DNA of 64,000 bases, taken from NCBI RefSeq assembly GCF_009914755.1, contig NC_060926.1; one strand, written 5' to 3'. The DNA comes from the human T2T-CHM13v2.0 reference genome, Homo sapiens. Below are positions 21,941 to 64,000 of the stretch, piece after piece; within the stretch, counting starts at the first letter, position 1, and each line of letters starts with the position of its first letter. A program made the position numbers and the translations under genes. The notes under the pieces are model-generated. The model was not told where the DNA came from. It ran no database searches and worked only from the letters and a program-made list of their open reading frames with translations.

Positions 21941-22229
21941 TTTTTTTTTTTTTTTTTTGAGACAGAGTTTCACTCTTGTTTCCTAGGCTGGAGTACAATG
22001 GCACGATCTCGGCTCGGTGCAATCTGCGCCTCCTGGGTTCAAGTGATTCTCCTGCCCTAGCCTCCTGAGTAGCCGTGCACCACCACGCCCAGCTAATTTT
22101 GTATTTTTAGTAGATACAGGGTTTCTTCATGTCGGTCAGGTTGGTCTCGAACTCCCGACCTCAGGTGATTCACTCGCCTCAGCCTCCCAAAGTGCTGGGA
22201 TTACAGGCGTGAGCCACTGCACCTAGGCC
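21941..22229 (-). mobile_element. AluS
   Basis: TSD tggctcagtttt. Confidence 0.93.
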
Positions 22230-23194
22230 TGGCTCAGTTTTAAGAGGGGCACTCTGGCTGCTGTGTGGGGGTCACACAGAGGGGCCAAGAGGGAAGCCAG
22301 AAGACCGGGGTGGGTGTGATCTTGCTGTGATCTTGGGGGACAAGGGTGGTGAAGATGGGGTGAGAAGGGGCTCCTGGATGTACTTTGAGGGTAGACTCGG
22401 GTTGGTTGATTAATTCATTTACTCAGGAAGAAACACAAATCAAAATGCTCTGTTACAGTTGGCCCCATGTGGTCATCCTGAACTCAGCTCAGATGGCCAA
22501 GAAGCTCAGGGGGTGAGTGTGAGGTGGCTGCTCGCGAGTGGGGCGGGGCAGCCGCAGCCAGGGAGATGGAGTGAGGTGGAGCAATTCTACCTAACAGGGA
22601 GGCCGGTGTCTGGGGAGAGGGCCTGGGGCCAGGCTGCCCTAGTGCTGAGGGCTGGTTTGCCAGCTGTGTGGGGTCCAAGGAGCAGGCAGCCATTCTGTCA
22701 AGGGCTGGCCATCTGTGGCCATGGAGCACAGTGGCAGGGCTGTCCAGCTTGGACAAGCCACAGTTGGCCGATCCTCGACTCTTACGCACTGCTCTGTACA
22801 AAGAAATATGTAGATACATAAATTAAAATGAAGCTGTGGGTTTTGTGATTCAAGCTGGTGATTCATGTTCTGCCACTGCTGGTCAGTGCTGTGTTTAAGT
22901 AAAAATGCAGGTCCAGCATTTTTTCCCAACTTCTTATCCTGACAATTTTCTGACATGGAGAAAAGTTGAGAAAATAGTTGAACATCCATACACCCACAAC
23001 CTAGATTCAGCACCTAACTTTTGCCATAGTTGATTCATCTATATATTTTTTTAACCCAATCCCAGATATAATGAGGAGGTTGAACAAGAACTATTGCTCA
23101 ACAAATGTCAGCTTTCCCCAGTTATCTAATAAAAAAAGTTATTGGTGAAAATAAGATGTGACATAGTTACTTTAGGATTTTGCTCTTGGTATTT

Positions 23195-24183
23195 ATATAA
23201 CAGTCTGAGGCCTTGATTTGAACCTTCCTGGTGAGCGATTGAATGAATATACAAACAGACAATGGCCAGAGCATGTATAAAAATAGAACTCAGACCCGCA
23301 ATCTGCAGCAACCAGGCCAGGAAACTGACCCATTATCTGCAGGAGCCAGCCCAGGAAGCCAGCCTGCTGCCTATATGTCAGTCTGATAGAAAGTTGGCCC
23401 ACCATCTCTAGCAAACAGTCCAGGAAGCTACACAATGACACCTGTGACAATCAGCCCCAAATGGCCAGGATTAATGACTGCCTGCCTCTGTAATTTAATT
23501 TTTTTTTTGAGATATAGTCTCATTCCATCACCCCAGCTATAGTGCGGTGGCATGATCTTGGCTCACTGTAACCTCCACCTCCTGGGTTCAAGCAATTTTT
23601 CTGTCTCAGTCTCCCAAGTAGCTGGGATTACAGGCACATGCCACCATACCCAGGGAATTTTGTATTTTTAATAGAGATGGGGTTTTGCCATGCTGGCCAG
23701 GCTGGTCTTCAACTCCTGACCTCAAGTGATCCACCCACCTCGGCCTCCCAAAGTGCTGGGATTACAGCGTGCCACCACACCCGGCTAATTTTTGTATTTT
23801 TAGTAGAGACAGGGTTTTGCCATGTTGGCCAGGCTAGTCTTGAACTCCTGACTTCAAGTGATCCACCTGCCTCAGCCTCAGCCTCTGTAACTTTTGTCCC
23901 CCCTTTTAACTTAGGACCAGCCAAAGAAAACCAAGTATTTGCCCCTAACCAAAATCCCATAAAATGCCCTCTTCTAGTTAGCTGCCTCCAGTTTCTCCAT
24001 GCCGGCAGCATCCATCAGGGCACCCCTGAAGCCTCCCTTTTTCCACCATGAGGCTTCCCCTCCTCAGCCTGCCTTTGAGTCTCTGCCAAACAAAAGTGAC
24101 AATGGCCGACTCCCTTGCTAGAGCAAGCTCTGAATCAATAGCCTTGCTGTTCTCATTTGGCTGGTCTTTGTATATTTCCACAA
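23195..24183 (+). mobile_element. ERV1 LTR (MER31-like) interrupted by an Alu at 23497-23885
   Basis: 3' end ctttgagtctctgccaaac...ctcccttgcta...atttccaca; Alu TSD gcctctgtaa. Confidence 0.6.
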
Positions 24184-24521
24184 TGGGATTATAATTTTCT
24201 TCTGCATGAAATTTTCTGAGTAAATCTACCTTTTAAAGCCAGGGAAAAAATGGTGGTTTCCAAATTGGATCTAGAGGCCTGGAAGATGAGCAGATGTTGT
24301 GGGCAGCGTGCGGTGGGAAGGAACTGGATTTGGAGGTGGGGGTTCAGAAGGGACCTCACTCTCCCAGGCAAGGGGCAGAGGGACGACCTGGTTGAGAGGA
24401 ACATGGAACATAGAGCCAGGTGGGGGAGGCCGGGCCCTGTGGATGCAACACTCTCCTGCATTCCAGCCTCCCACCCCCGATCCTAGCAGTTCAGAGCAAA
24501 CCTCAGGCTGCGTGGGCACTA

Positions 24522-25095
<574 letters not shown>

Positions 25096-25143
25096 GGTGG
25101 TCAGAGACATCTTCCCAAGGTGTCCATGAGCAATCCTGGTTCC

Positions 25144-27308
<2,165 letters not shown>

Positions 27309-27807
27309 CTAAATGAAGTCTGGAAGTAGACAGTTTCAGGGCTAGTATAGCATCTTCATGATGTCTTAGGCTTCTTTGATCTTGTGACTTCTATTCCCAA
27401 GATCACCTCCTTCTCAAGGTCTAACATGGGTGCTAGTGCTCCAGCCATCATATGTATGTTCCAGGCAGCAGGACAGGGGAAAGAAGGATGAAGGGCATGC
27501 CTTTTTTTTTTTAAAGGAGGCTTCCTAGAAGTATTATATAACATTTATGTTTACATTTCTTCAGCCAAAAAGACACAAAAAGCACTAACCATAAAACAAA
27601 CAAAAAATTAATAGACTATTAAAACGGAAAACTTCGCTTTATCAGGAGTTCATGAAAAGAGTAGACAATCAAGTCAAAGACTAGGAGAAGACATTCAGAA
27701 AACATATATCTGACAAAGTATTCTTAATAAAAATGTTTAAAGAATTCCTACAAATGAATAAGAAAAAGCCAAATGATCCAATTTTTTAAAAAGAACAGAA
27801 GAGGAAA

Positions 27808-35152
<7,345 letters not shown>

Positions 35153-35819
35153 ATATCCAAAGATATCCAGATGGCCCACAGCATATGAAAAAGTGTTCAA
35201 CATCATTACTTATTTGAGTAATAAAAATTAAAAACTAGAATGAAATTCCACTATGCAATTAGAATGACTAAAATGGAAAAGATTGGCATCAACAAAGGTT
35301 GGCAAGGATGTGGAGCAATGGAAACTCTCATCCACTGTCTACACAGGTAAATCAGTTCCAACACTTTGGAAAACTACAAATTTGGTGTAAAGTTAAAATT
35401 CACTTTTATATGGCCCAGAAATCGTATTCTTTGGTATTTACACAAAAGGAATAAAAAGATAGGTCTACAGAGAGAATTTAATGTCAACTTTATTTATAAA
35501 TAGGTAAAAACTCAAAAGAACCCTATGTCCAATAACAGGAGAATGGGTAAACAAATTACGGTACATTCATATATGACACAGATTAAAAAAACAGCAAAGA
35601 TCTCTTGCTGCTAGCCAGGCCCTGGCCAGGCCCAGCTAGTAGCACCAGCTGTCCTGACCCCTGAAAGGCTCTGGGCCTGGCCTAGGATCTTGTAGCAGCA
35701 TCTTGGCAGGCAGAGTTGAGCCCAGAGGGAGCTCAGAGTTGGAGATGGTGCAGCCTGTAGCAGCCAATGGCACCTCTTCTAGGGAGACTGGACTTAGCCA
35801 GCTAGCGTCTGTGAGGAGT

Positions 35820-36265
35820 CACATGTAATACACATGGTGCCCAACATGAATAGCATGAAACATATATAGCATGTAGTATATGCTGCATATAACATATATA
35901 GCATGCATACATGCATAGCATGTAACACACATACATGTGCAACACTAGTACACAATATATACAGCATATATAACACAAGCTGCATGACATGTAACAGACA
36001 TAGCATGTGTACATGTATGGCATGCAACATGCATAGTAAACAACATGTACACTACATAACTCATAGCATACATATAGAATGCATAACAGACACATGCATG
36101 TTTAACGTATAACACACAAGCATATAATATGTATAGCAAGTAATACACATACTGCTTGATAGGTATAACATGTATATAGCGTGCACCACATGCAGCAGAC
36201 ACCATGTATAGCATGTCACAGATATAGCACGTATACATGGATGGCACATACCATGCATAGCATAG
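35820..36265. repeat. Degenerate (CATA/CATG/TACA) low-complexity tract
   Basis: About 450 bp of near-alternating purine-pyrimidine sequence. Confidence 0.88.
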
Positions 36266-36938
36266 AACCTTGGCCTGTGGTCTGTTCTTCCATGAGGAAC
36301 ATCCCCTCCCCTGGTTGGACTGGCCTGAGGGTGGGAATAGCTCTTCCCAGCAGGCATAATTAGGCTTATTTTGCCCCACCCTTCACCCTCCACCCTTTAT
36401 TTCCTTCTTGGGACATGGCCTGAATAAGCTGGGATAAAGAAGGGGCCTTTTGTAATGTGGCTGTGAGTGGAGAACAGCCCAGGAGGCTCTTTTCTATACC
36501 GGCCCCTGGAGTCACTAGAAGAGGTCACTTGGCTGCACCAGGCCTCTGGCTGCCTTGCAGCCAGGCCTCCAGGCTGAGGGTGTGAAGAAGGCTGGCTTCC
36601 TTCTCAGTCCTGCAATGCTTCTGTCAAGGGAGAAGCAACTTGGCAAGAGGGCTTCTGGTGACTGCCCTGAAATCAGGGTGTCTTGGTTTGTGTTCCCCCA
36701 GGAGCAGACTCAGCAAGGCTTCAATTGCAGGTGGCTTATTCAGGAGGTCATCTCAGGAACCTCCAGTATGCAAATGGGGAAGTGAGGGAGGACAAAGCAG
36801 GCGTCTTATCACGCAGGCTCCACCAGGCAAGTGGGGTTAATCCCTGCGGGGATCCTGGAGACTTATCCTTGTCTGTCGTGGAGCCACCAGTTCTCAAGGA
36901 GTGATCTACTCCCAGCCCTCATTTTACAGTACAGAGTT

Positions 36939-38416
<1,478 letters not shown>

Positions 38417-39082
38417 AAATACATGATCAGGGAGAATAAGTGTTTTACCCACAAAGCTGGAAAGTGGAGGAGCTGGAGGTAGAATTTCCACACATAGGTT
38501 CAGGGCTGGAGTGATTGAGGTGAGTGTGAAGGACAGCAGATAAGGGCTGGGCTCAGGCAGTGGGAACATCCACGCGGGGGCCTTTCCTTCCTGACCCATG
38601 AGAATGTAGGTAGTGGGCCTGGGGCATCAGCCGTGGTGCCCCTGCTCAGTGCCACCTCCTGGAACTGGCTCCTACCTAACCTGACCCCATATGACGAGGC
38701 CCTGCAGTGTGCCAGCCCCGAAGAGAGGGCAGGCCCCCATGCAGGAGAAGCCAGTGCTTAAAAGCTCACGGTGGCTTTCCAAGGAATAGGTCCCCTAAAT
38801 GAGCTGAGAAAAGAAGCAAAAAGATTGTGGCAGAGGGAAGATGGTGGCAGTCTGGACTCTTGCCTGATCTCATACAGATGCCACAGTTCTCCTTGCTGGG
38901 GAAAATTGGACATGGTCAGCATGTGAGGAGGGCCTGGCCAGATGGTGGGATGCTGCAGCCATTGTTTATGGCCTCACAGCCACTTTCTCAGTGACTGTCA
39001 GAAAGGGCCTTCTGAATGGAGCCTCCCTGAATTGACTGAAGGAAATGTGGATGCCTGTCCTGGGTTAAGAATAGGCATGTTC

Positions 39083-39411
39083 CAGGCCGGGTGCGGTGGC
39101 TCATGCCTGTAATCCCAGCACTTTGGGAGGCCGAGGAGGGTGGATCACCTGAGGCCAAGAGTTTGAGACCAGCCTGGACAACATGGCAACACCCCGTCTC
39201 TACTAAAAATACAAAAAATATTAGCCGGGTGTGGTAGCGCATGCCTGCAATCCCAGCTACTCAGGAGACTGAGGCAGGAGAATCGCTTGAACATGCGAGG
39301 CAGAGGCTGCAGTGAGCCGAGATCACACTCTAGCCTGGGCAACAAGAGCAAGACTCCATCTCAAAAACAAAACAAAACAAAACAAAACAAACAAAACAAA
39401 CAAACAAAAAA
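39083..39411 (+). mobile_element. Alu with (AAAAC)n tail
   Basis: Alu consensus. Confidence 0.93.
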
Positions 39412-39469
39412 ACCAGCCATGTCCTAAAGGTGGGTTAATTAAAATAAAAGTCTTCTAGATAGGAAACTT

Positions 39470-50666
<11,197 letters not shown>

Positions 50667-51419
50667 AACATCAGCAGACCTTTTAAGACAACTGGTCTCT
50701 ACTAGTCAAATATGTCAATCCTAAGAAAGACGGAAAAAAGAAGGGGTAGCTGGGACCCTCTCCTCCATTCAAGGAGACAGGAGAGGCACATGGGGCACCG
50801 TGTGGTCCTGGGGCTACAAAATGCTCTGAAGACATCTCTAGGACAACCAGAAGATCTGGATATTGGAAAATACTGTATTGTTATAAAATCTGGGGGGGGG
50901 GCTGGGATAACAGGGTTGAGTTTTGTGGCAGAACGTCCTTAGGAGACACGAGCTGATGGATTTAGGAGTGCAGTATTCTGATGATCACAACCTACTTTCA
51001 GATGTTTCAGAAAAGCGCGCGTGTGTGCGTGTATGAGAAAGTGTGGGCACAGGATAAGAGAAGGTGAAAAATTTAGGCCAAGAGCATGTGGGTGTCCATG
51101 AACTATTCCTCCACTCTCTTTGTCATTTGAAATCTTTCAAAATTTCCAAAGACAGGGAGGGAAGAGGTTAATGAGAATGTAACTCAGTGGCACCTGCCTC
51201 CCTCTCAACTGGTGTCATCTTCCCAAATACTATCACTAATGATTAATAAACGGTTACTCTTTATGGTGATGACAAAGTCCCATTTTTTCTTTCAGAATGC
51301 CTTACTTAATGGGACTTTCCTCACTGAGCCTCCTGCACCTGTGCAAAGCACCCCGCCCTTGGGACGTGGTGTGAGACCCCACTGGGAGGGGCAGCTATGC
51401 CCGCAGAGACCACAGCACA

Positions 51420-54109
51420 CCCGCCACTCCTTGTCAGGGTTTATTTCATCAGCTAACATTCATTCTCGACCTAGACAAAAACAATTAGATGATTATGACT
51501 TGCTTTTCCATCATCAACTCATTTTTTTGTATGAATAACCAAAAAATTTCTTCAACACTTTTTTTTAAGAAGAAGCTATAAATAAATAAAGCTTTAAACA
51601 ATCCTGGGTTCAAGTTAAACAGTTCCAGTTCCCGAAAAGTTCACAGCCTTGTTTTGTGGGCAGTTCTGCTGTTCCTGGCTTCCCCTTCCAGGAGGGGACG
51701 TTTGCAGGTCTGGGGGTCCTGGTGACTAAGCTGTTAGCTCCACTCCCTGCCTGTTTCCGTCCTCACAGCCCTGGGAGGGCCCCGGTGGACAGAGTCCTTA
51801 CAATTTAGGAGATGCTGCTGGCAAAGGAACTGTTGACCCAAAGCAGGTGGCCTGAATGGGAAGTGCCAGGCTGGACACTTGGGGGCTGAGGGCACTGCCA
51901 GCTGCCGCCGCCTCTGGACACCTCAGCCCGGCGCTGGCCCGAGAGGAGACTGCTTTCCAAATGCAGCGAAGAGACTGAGACAAGACCCGTGCTTCCGTGT
52001 GAGTTGGGATGCGGGGCATAAGTTAACACATATTCCAATATGTACAAAACAACCTGCGCTCAGGCCCGCGCACCCAGGAAGCCCATGGTGAAGGTGAGGT
52101 CACCTTGAGCCAGGCCTCTGGCTGGGTGTCCACCTCCTGCCGGGAAGCCAAGGTGCCCCACGTGGCTTGTGCAAGACCTCACAATCCCCTGAACGTGTTC
52201 CTCCTCCTCCAAGGAGTGCACCCACCCCCATGTTGAGTGTCCGAGCAGATTCCCATTGACCCTGACCTCCCTTTGAAAGAACCACACCACTAAATCCCCT
52301 TGGCACTCACTTCCTTAGTGTGATGCATCCACCCAGGGAGGTGGCCCTGCGCGGCGCTGGCACGCTGTCCACCCTGCCCTGTTGACCATCCTGTCCTTGG
52401 ACCCCAAAGTAAAATGGGGCCAGTGTAGGAGACCTGAGGGTGGGGCCCTTATGCCAGACCTCCAGGGGTAGCGACCTCACCTGACCCCAGCTTCGGCTTC
52501 CTGTGCTGCAGAAGGCGCTTGCTCCCAAGCCCGTGGTGACCCACGTCTCCACCCCATGGTGTGGCAACTGTGGTGGCTGAGTGGAAGCTGGGGCAGGAGA
52601 GAGGACCCCCACCAACCCCAGCCAGGTGGCCTGCAGAGCCCACTGCCCTACCTCTGAGTCAGCCTGCGGCCTGAGCACACCAATCTACTCTCTGGGGGAT
52701 CCAGGGTGCCTGTGTGGGCCCTCCTAGAGACACCAGCTTGGCCTCCTAGGGCATAAGGAATGGGGACAGGGCACAGGGCACGTGCTTACAACGGATATGC
52801 AACATGGCTTTTGGTAGGGCCATTGCAGCCAGTGGGGAAACCTGCGCGGCTGCTGGGAACAGAGCATGGCCAGCCTTTTGCCAGGGGGTGGGGAGCATGG
52901 GGAAATGCAAGGAGAGCCAGGGTGGGGAGGGCTGAGTGTCTGTTGTCAGGGAGGCCACCTACAGCTGTTTTGCCAAGGCTAGTTGAGAATCTGAAAGCTC
53001 GAGTCCCAGTTCCTGGCCATACAGAGCCACTGTGGTCCGAGGGTACGGCTCCTGGGCAGGGGCTATGGTCCCATGCTCCAGCCGATGGAAGCCTGATGAA
53101 CTTAATCCGTACGCTGGTGGGAGCAGTGGTATTTGAGCTCTTGAGTATGTGTTTCGGTGATGGGGCTGGGGCAGCCTGCTAGCAAATCCCAGTGGGTCAG
53201 AAAGGAGAACAGAGGCAGGGGAGCCCTCGGTCCCCAGCCCTTCCAGTCTGAGCCAGGCCTGCCTGGATGGTCACCTCCAAGGGCCAGCCGCGGACTCACG
53301 CACAAGTGGCAGCATCCCTGGCCAAAGCCTCCCCACTCCTGGGCTGCCAGTTGGCCCGAGGAAGGCCGGCAATGCAGCTCGGGCCTACTACCCAAACCCC
53401 TCCTTGGTCTGAGGACTGTAGGGAGTGGGTGGGGCCTGAACATCAGCTTTGGCCTCCTGACCCAAAGCATGAAGCAGGACCATGGGCCAGAGAGGGGAGC
53501 AGGCTTCCTGGGGGCTGGACTCGAGTCTTCTCTGCCTCAGATGGGGTGGGCCCTGACTTTGAGGGAGCTACAGATGGGTGAGCTGGGGGCTCCCCAGGCC
53601 TCGGGGCATTGGGGGCAGCCAGAAGAGGAGGGGCTATGGGATGGCCTGGAGCTGGGGCAGTTGCCAGAAGCTGGTCTCACTCCTAGTAGCCCGGACAGAG
53701 GAGCTAAGAGCGAGTGCTGTGTGCATAGTTGGTGAGGGACACACTCCCGGCCTGGCAGGTCCACTTTCCGCTGTCCTCGTCTCTTGCGCAAACCTTCAGT
53801 TTTTGCGATAAATCCAAGGAGGCCAGGAGAGCAGCTCCAGGCACAACACCTGCTCTGGAGGCCCTGCCCTGACCATGGCATCCTTCGAGCACGCTTTCCT
53901 CTGACCCACTGGGCTGCACCTGTTGATTTCTCAAGCCCCCATCCCTGCCCAGCCCCACTACATCCCTGCTCTGTTTTTTTTCAGGACGCAGCTACCTCTG
54001 TGGAGCAGGTTTGGGATGCTCATCCCTTGACAGTCTTGGGTGGACCTGTCGTCTGTCCTGTTTTATCCCCCACACCCCCCAAGAGGCCTCCCCGTGGCCA
54101 CCACCGCCA
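51420..54109 (-). other. HS6ST1: HS6ST1 3'UTR (~2.7 kb)
   Basis: Repeat-free sequence between the stop codon and the poly(A) signal; exact cleavage site inferred. Confidence 0.8.
51440..51445 (-). terminator. HS6ST1: Polyadenylation signal AATAAA, probable 3' end of HS6ST1
   Basis: tttatt on plus; GU-rich sequence downstream on minus (gtggcgggtgtgctgtggtctc); AU-rich UTR upstream. Confidence 0.8.
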
Positions 54110-54818
54110 CTACCACTTCTCAATGATGTGGCTCATGTAGTCCTCGGTGGGCACGCGGCCCGGCTCGTCGGCATCCTCCCGCGGCAGTGCCTCCTTGGCC
54201 CGGTGCAGCAGACGCTCCTCGCGGCTCCTCAGGCGCTGCTCCCTGCGCTCCAGCTGCCGCTTGTACTGGTAGCGCTGCTGGAAGAGGTCCTTGGCGTAGT
54301 CGTACAGCTGCATGTCCAGGTCGTTGAGCTCCTCGATGCGCCGGATGGTGTCTTCATCCACCTCCACGCCGCCCGCCCGCGTGCTATTGTACTGCATGAA
54401 GGGCCGGATGAACTTGAGGTTGAACGTCCGCTCGAACAGGTACTGCGTCTTGCGCTGGAACTCGGTCAGGCCGAAGAAGGCCATGCCCCGCAGGTTCTTC
54501 TTGGCGCTCTCGAGCAGCAGCTGGGCCCGCTTGCCCTCGGGGATGAAGGACAGGTTGTAGCAGCCCACCAGGCTCAGGTCGGCCAGCATGCGCACCTGGC
54601 GGTTGTTGGCCAGGTTGTACGGGCAGTCCATGAACTCCTGTAGCGTGCAGCCCGACCAGTCCGTGCCCTCGTAGCAGGGCGGCAGCTCCTCAGGCGTGGG
54701 CGTGCGCCCATCACACATATGCAACGACGTCTTCCACGTGGCACCCCTCTGCACATGCCGCCACTCGCTCAGGTAGCGGGACACGGGGTCTCGTAGCAGG
54801 GTGATGTAGTAGAACTTC
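54110..54818 (-). CDS. HS6ST1: Heparan sulfate 6-O-sulfotransferase 1, terminal coding exon (C-terminal 235 aa plus stop)
   Basis: KFYYITLLRDPVSRYLSEWRHVQRGATWK...DYMSHIIEKW*; sulfotransferase 3'-phosphate-binding motif RDPVSRYLS; acceptor ctccccgtctccttgcag|G at 54819/54818; TAG at 54110-54112; strong GC3 codon bias. Confidence 0.98.

Positions 54819-64000
<9,182 letters not shown>

Noticed and set aside
35794-36393. Cys/Tyr/Met/His-rich ORFs resembling metal-binding proteins
   Set aside because: Artefact of the TA/CA/TG low-complexity tract
54011-54643. 210-aa plus-strand ORF
   Set aside because: Antisense shadow of the GC3-biased HS6ST1 exon; no independent evidence of coding

Overview
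Human (primate) genomic DNA. The only supportable protein-coding sequence is the terminal exon of HS6ST1 (heparan sulfate 6-O-sulfotransferase 1) on the minus strand: CDS 54110-54818, a ~2.7 kb 3'UTR ending near an AATAAA at 51440-51445, and intron from 54819 to the end of the window. From established knowledge this places the window at 2q14.3, downstream of HS6ST1. The first ~46 kb is intergenic and dominated by Alu, L1 and LTR elements, with a processed RPL21 pseudogene, a 12-copy 37-bp minisatellite inside a MaLR LTR and an orphan CpG island at ~18.7-19.8 kb. Many of the ORFs in the track are Alu/L1 translations, and most of the rest look like chance GC-rich ORFs. I see no convincing evidence for a new biological system. 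The best leads are the orphan CpG island, the young VNTR, an unidentified short poly(A)-tailed retrocopy in a multi-layer nested insertion, and several cases of target-site reuse. Repeat subfamily names come from memory of consensus sequences, and repeat boundaries are approximate unless a target-site duplication (TSD) is quoted.
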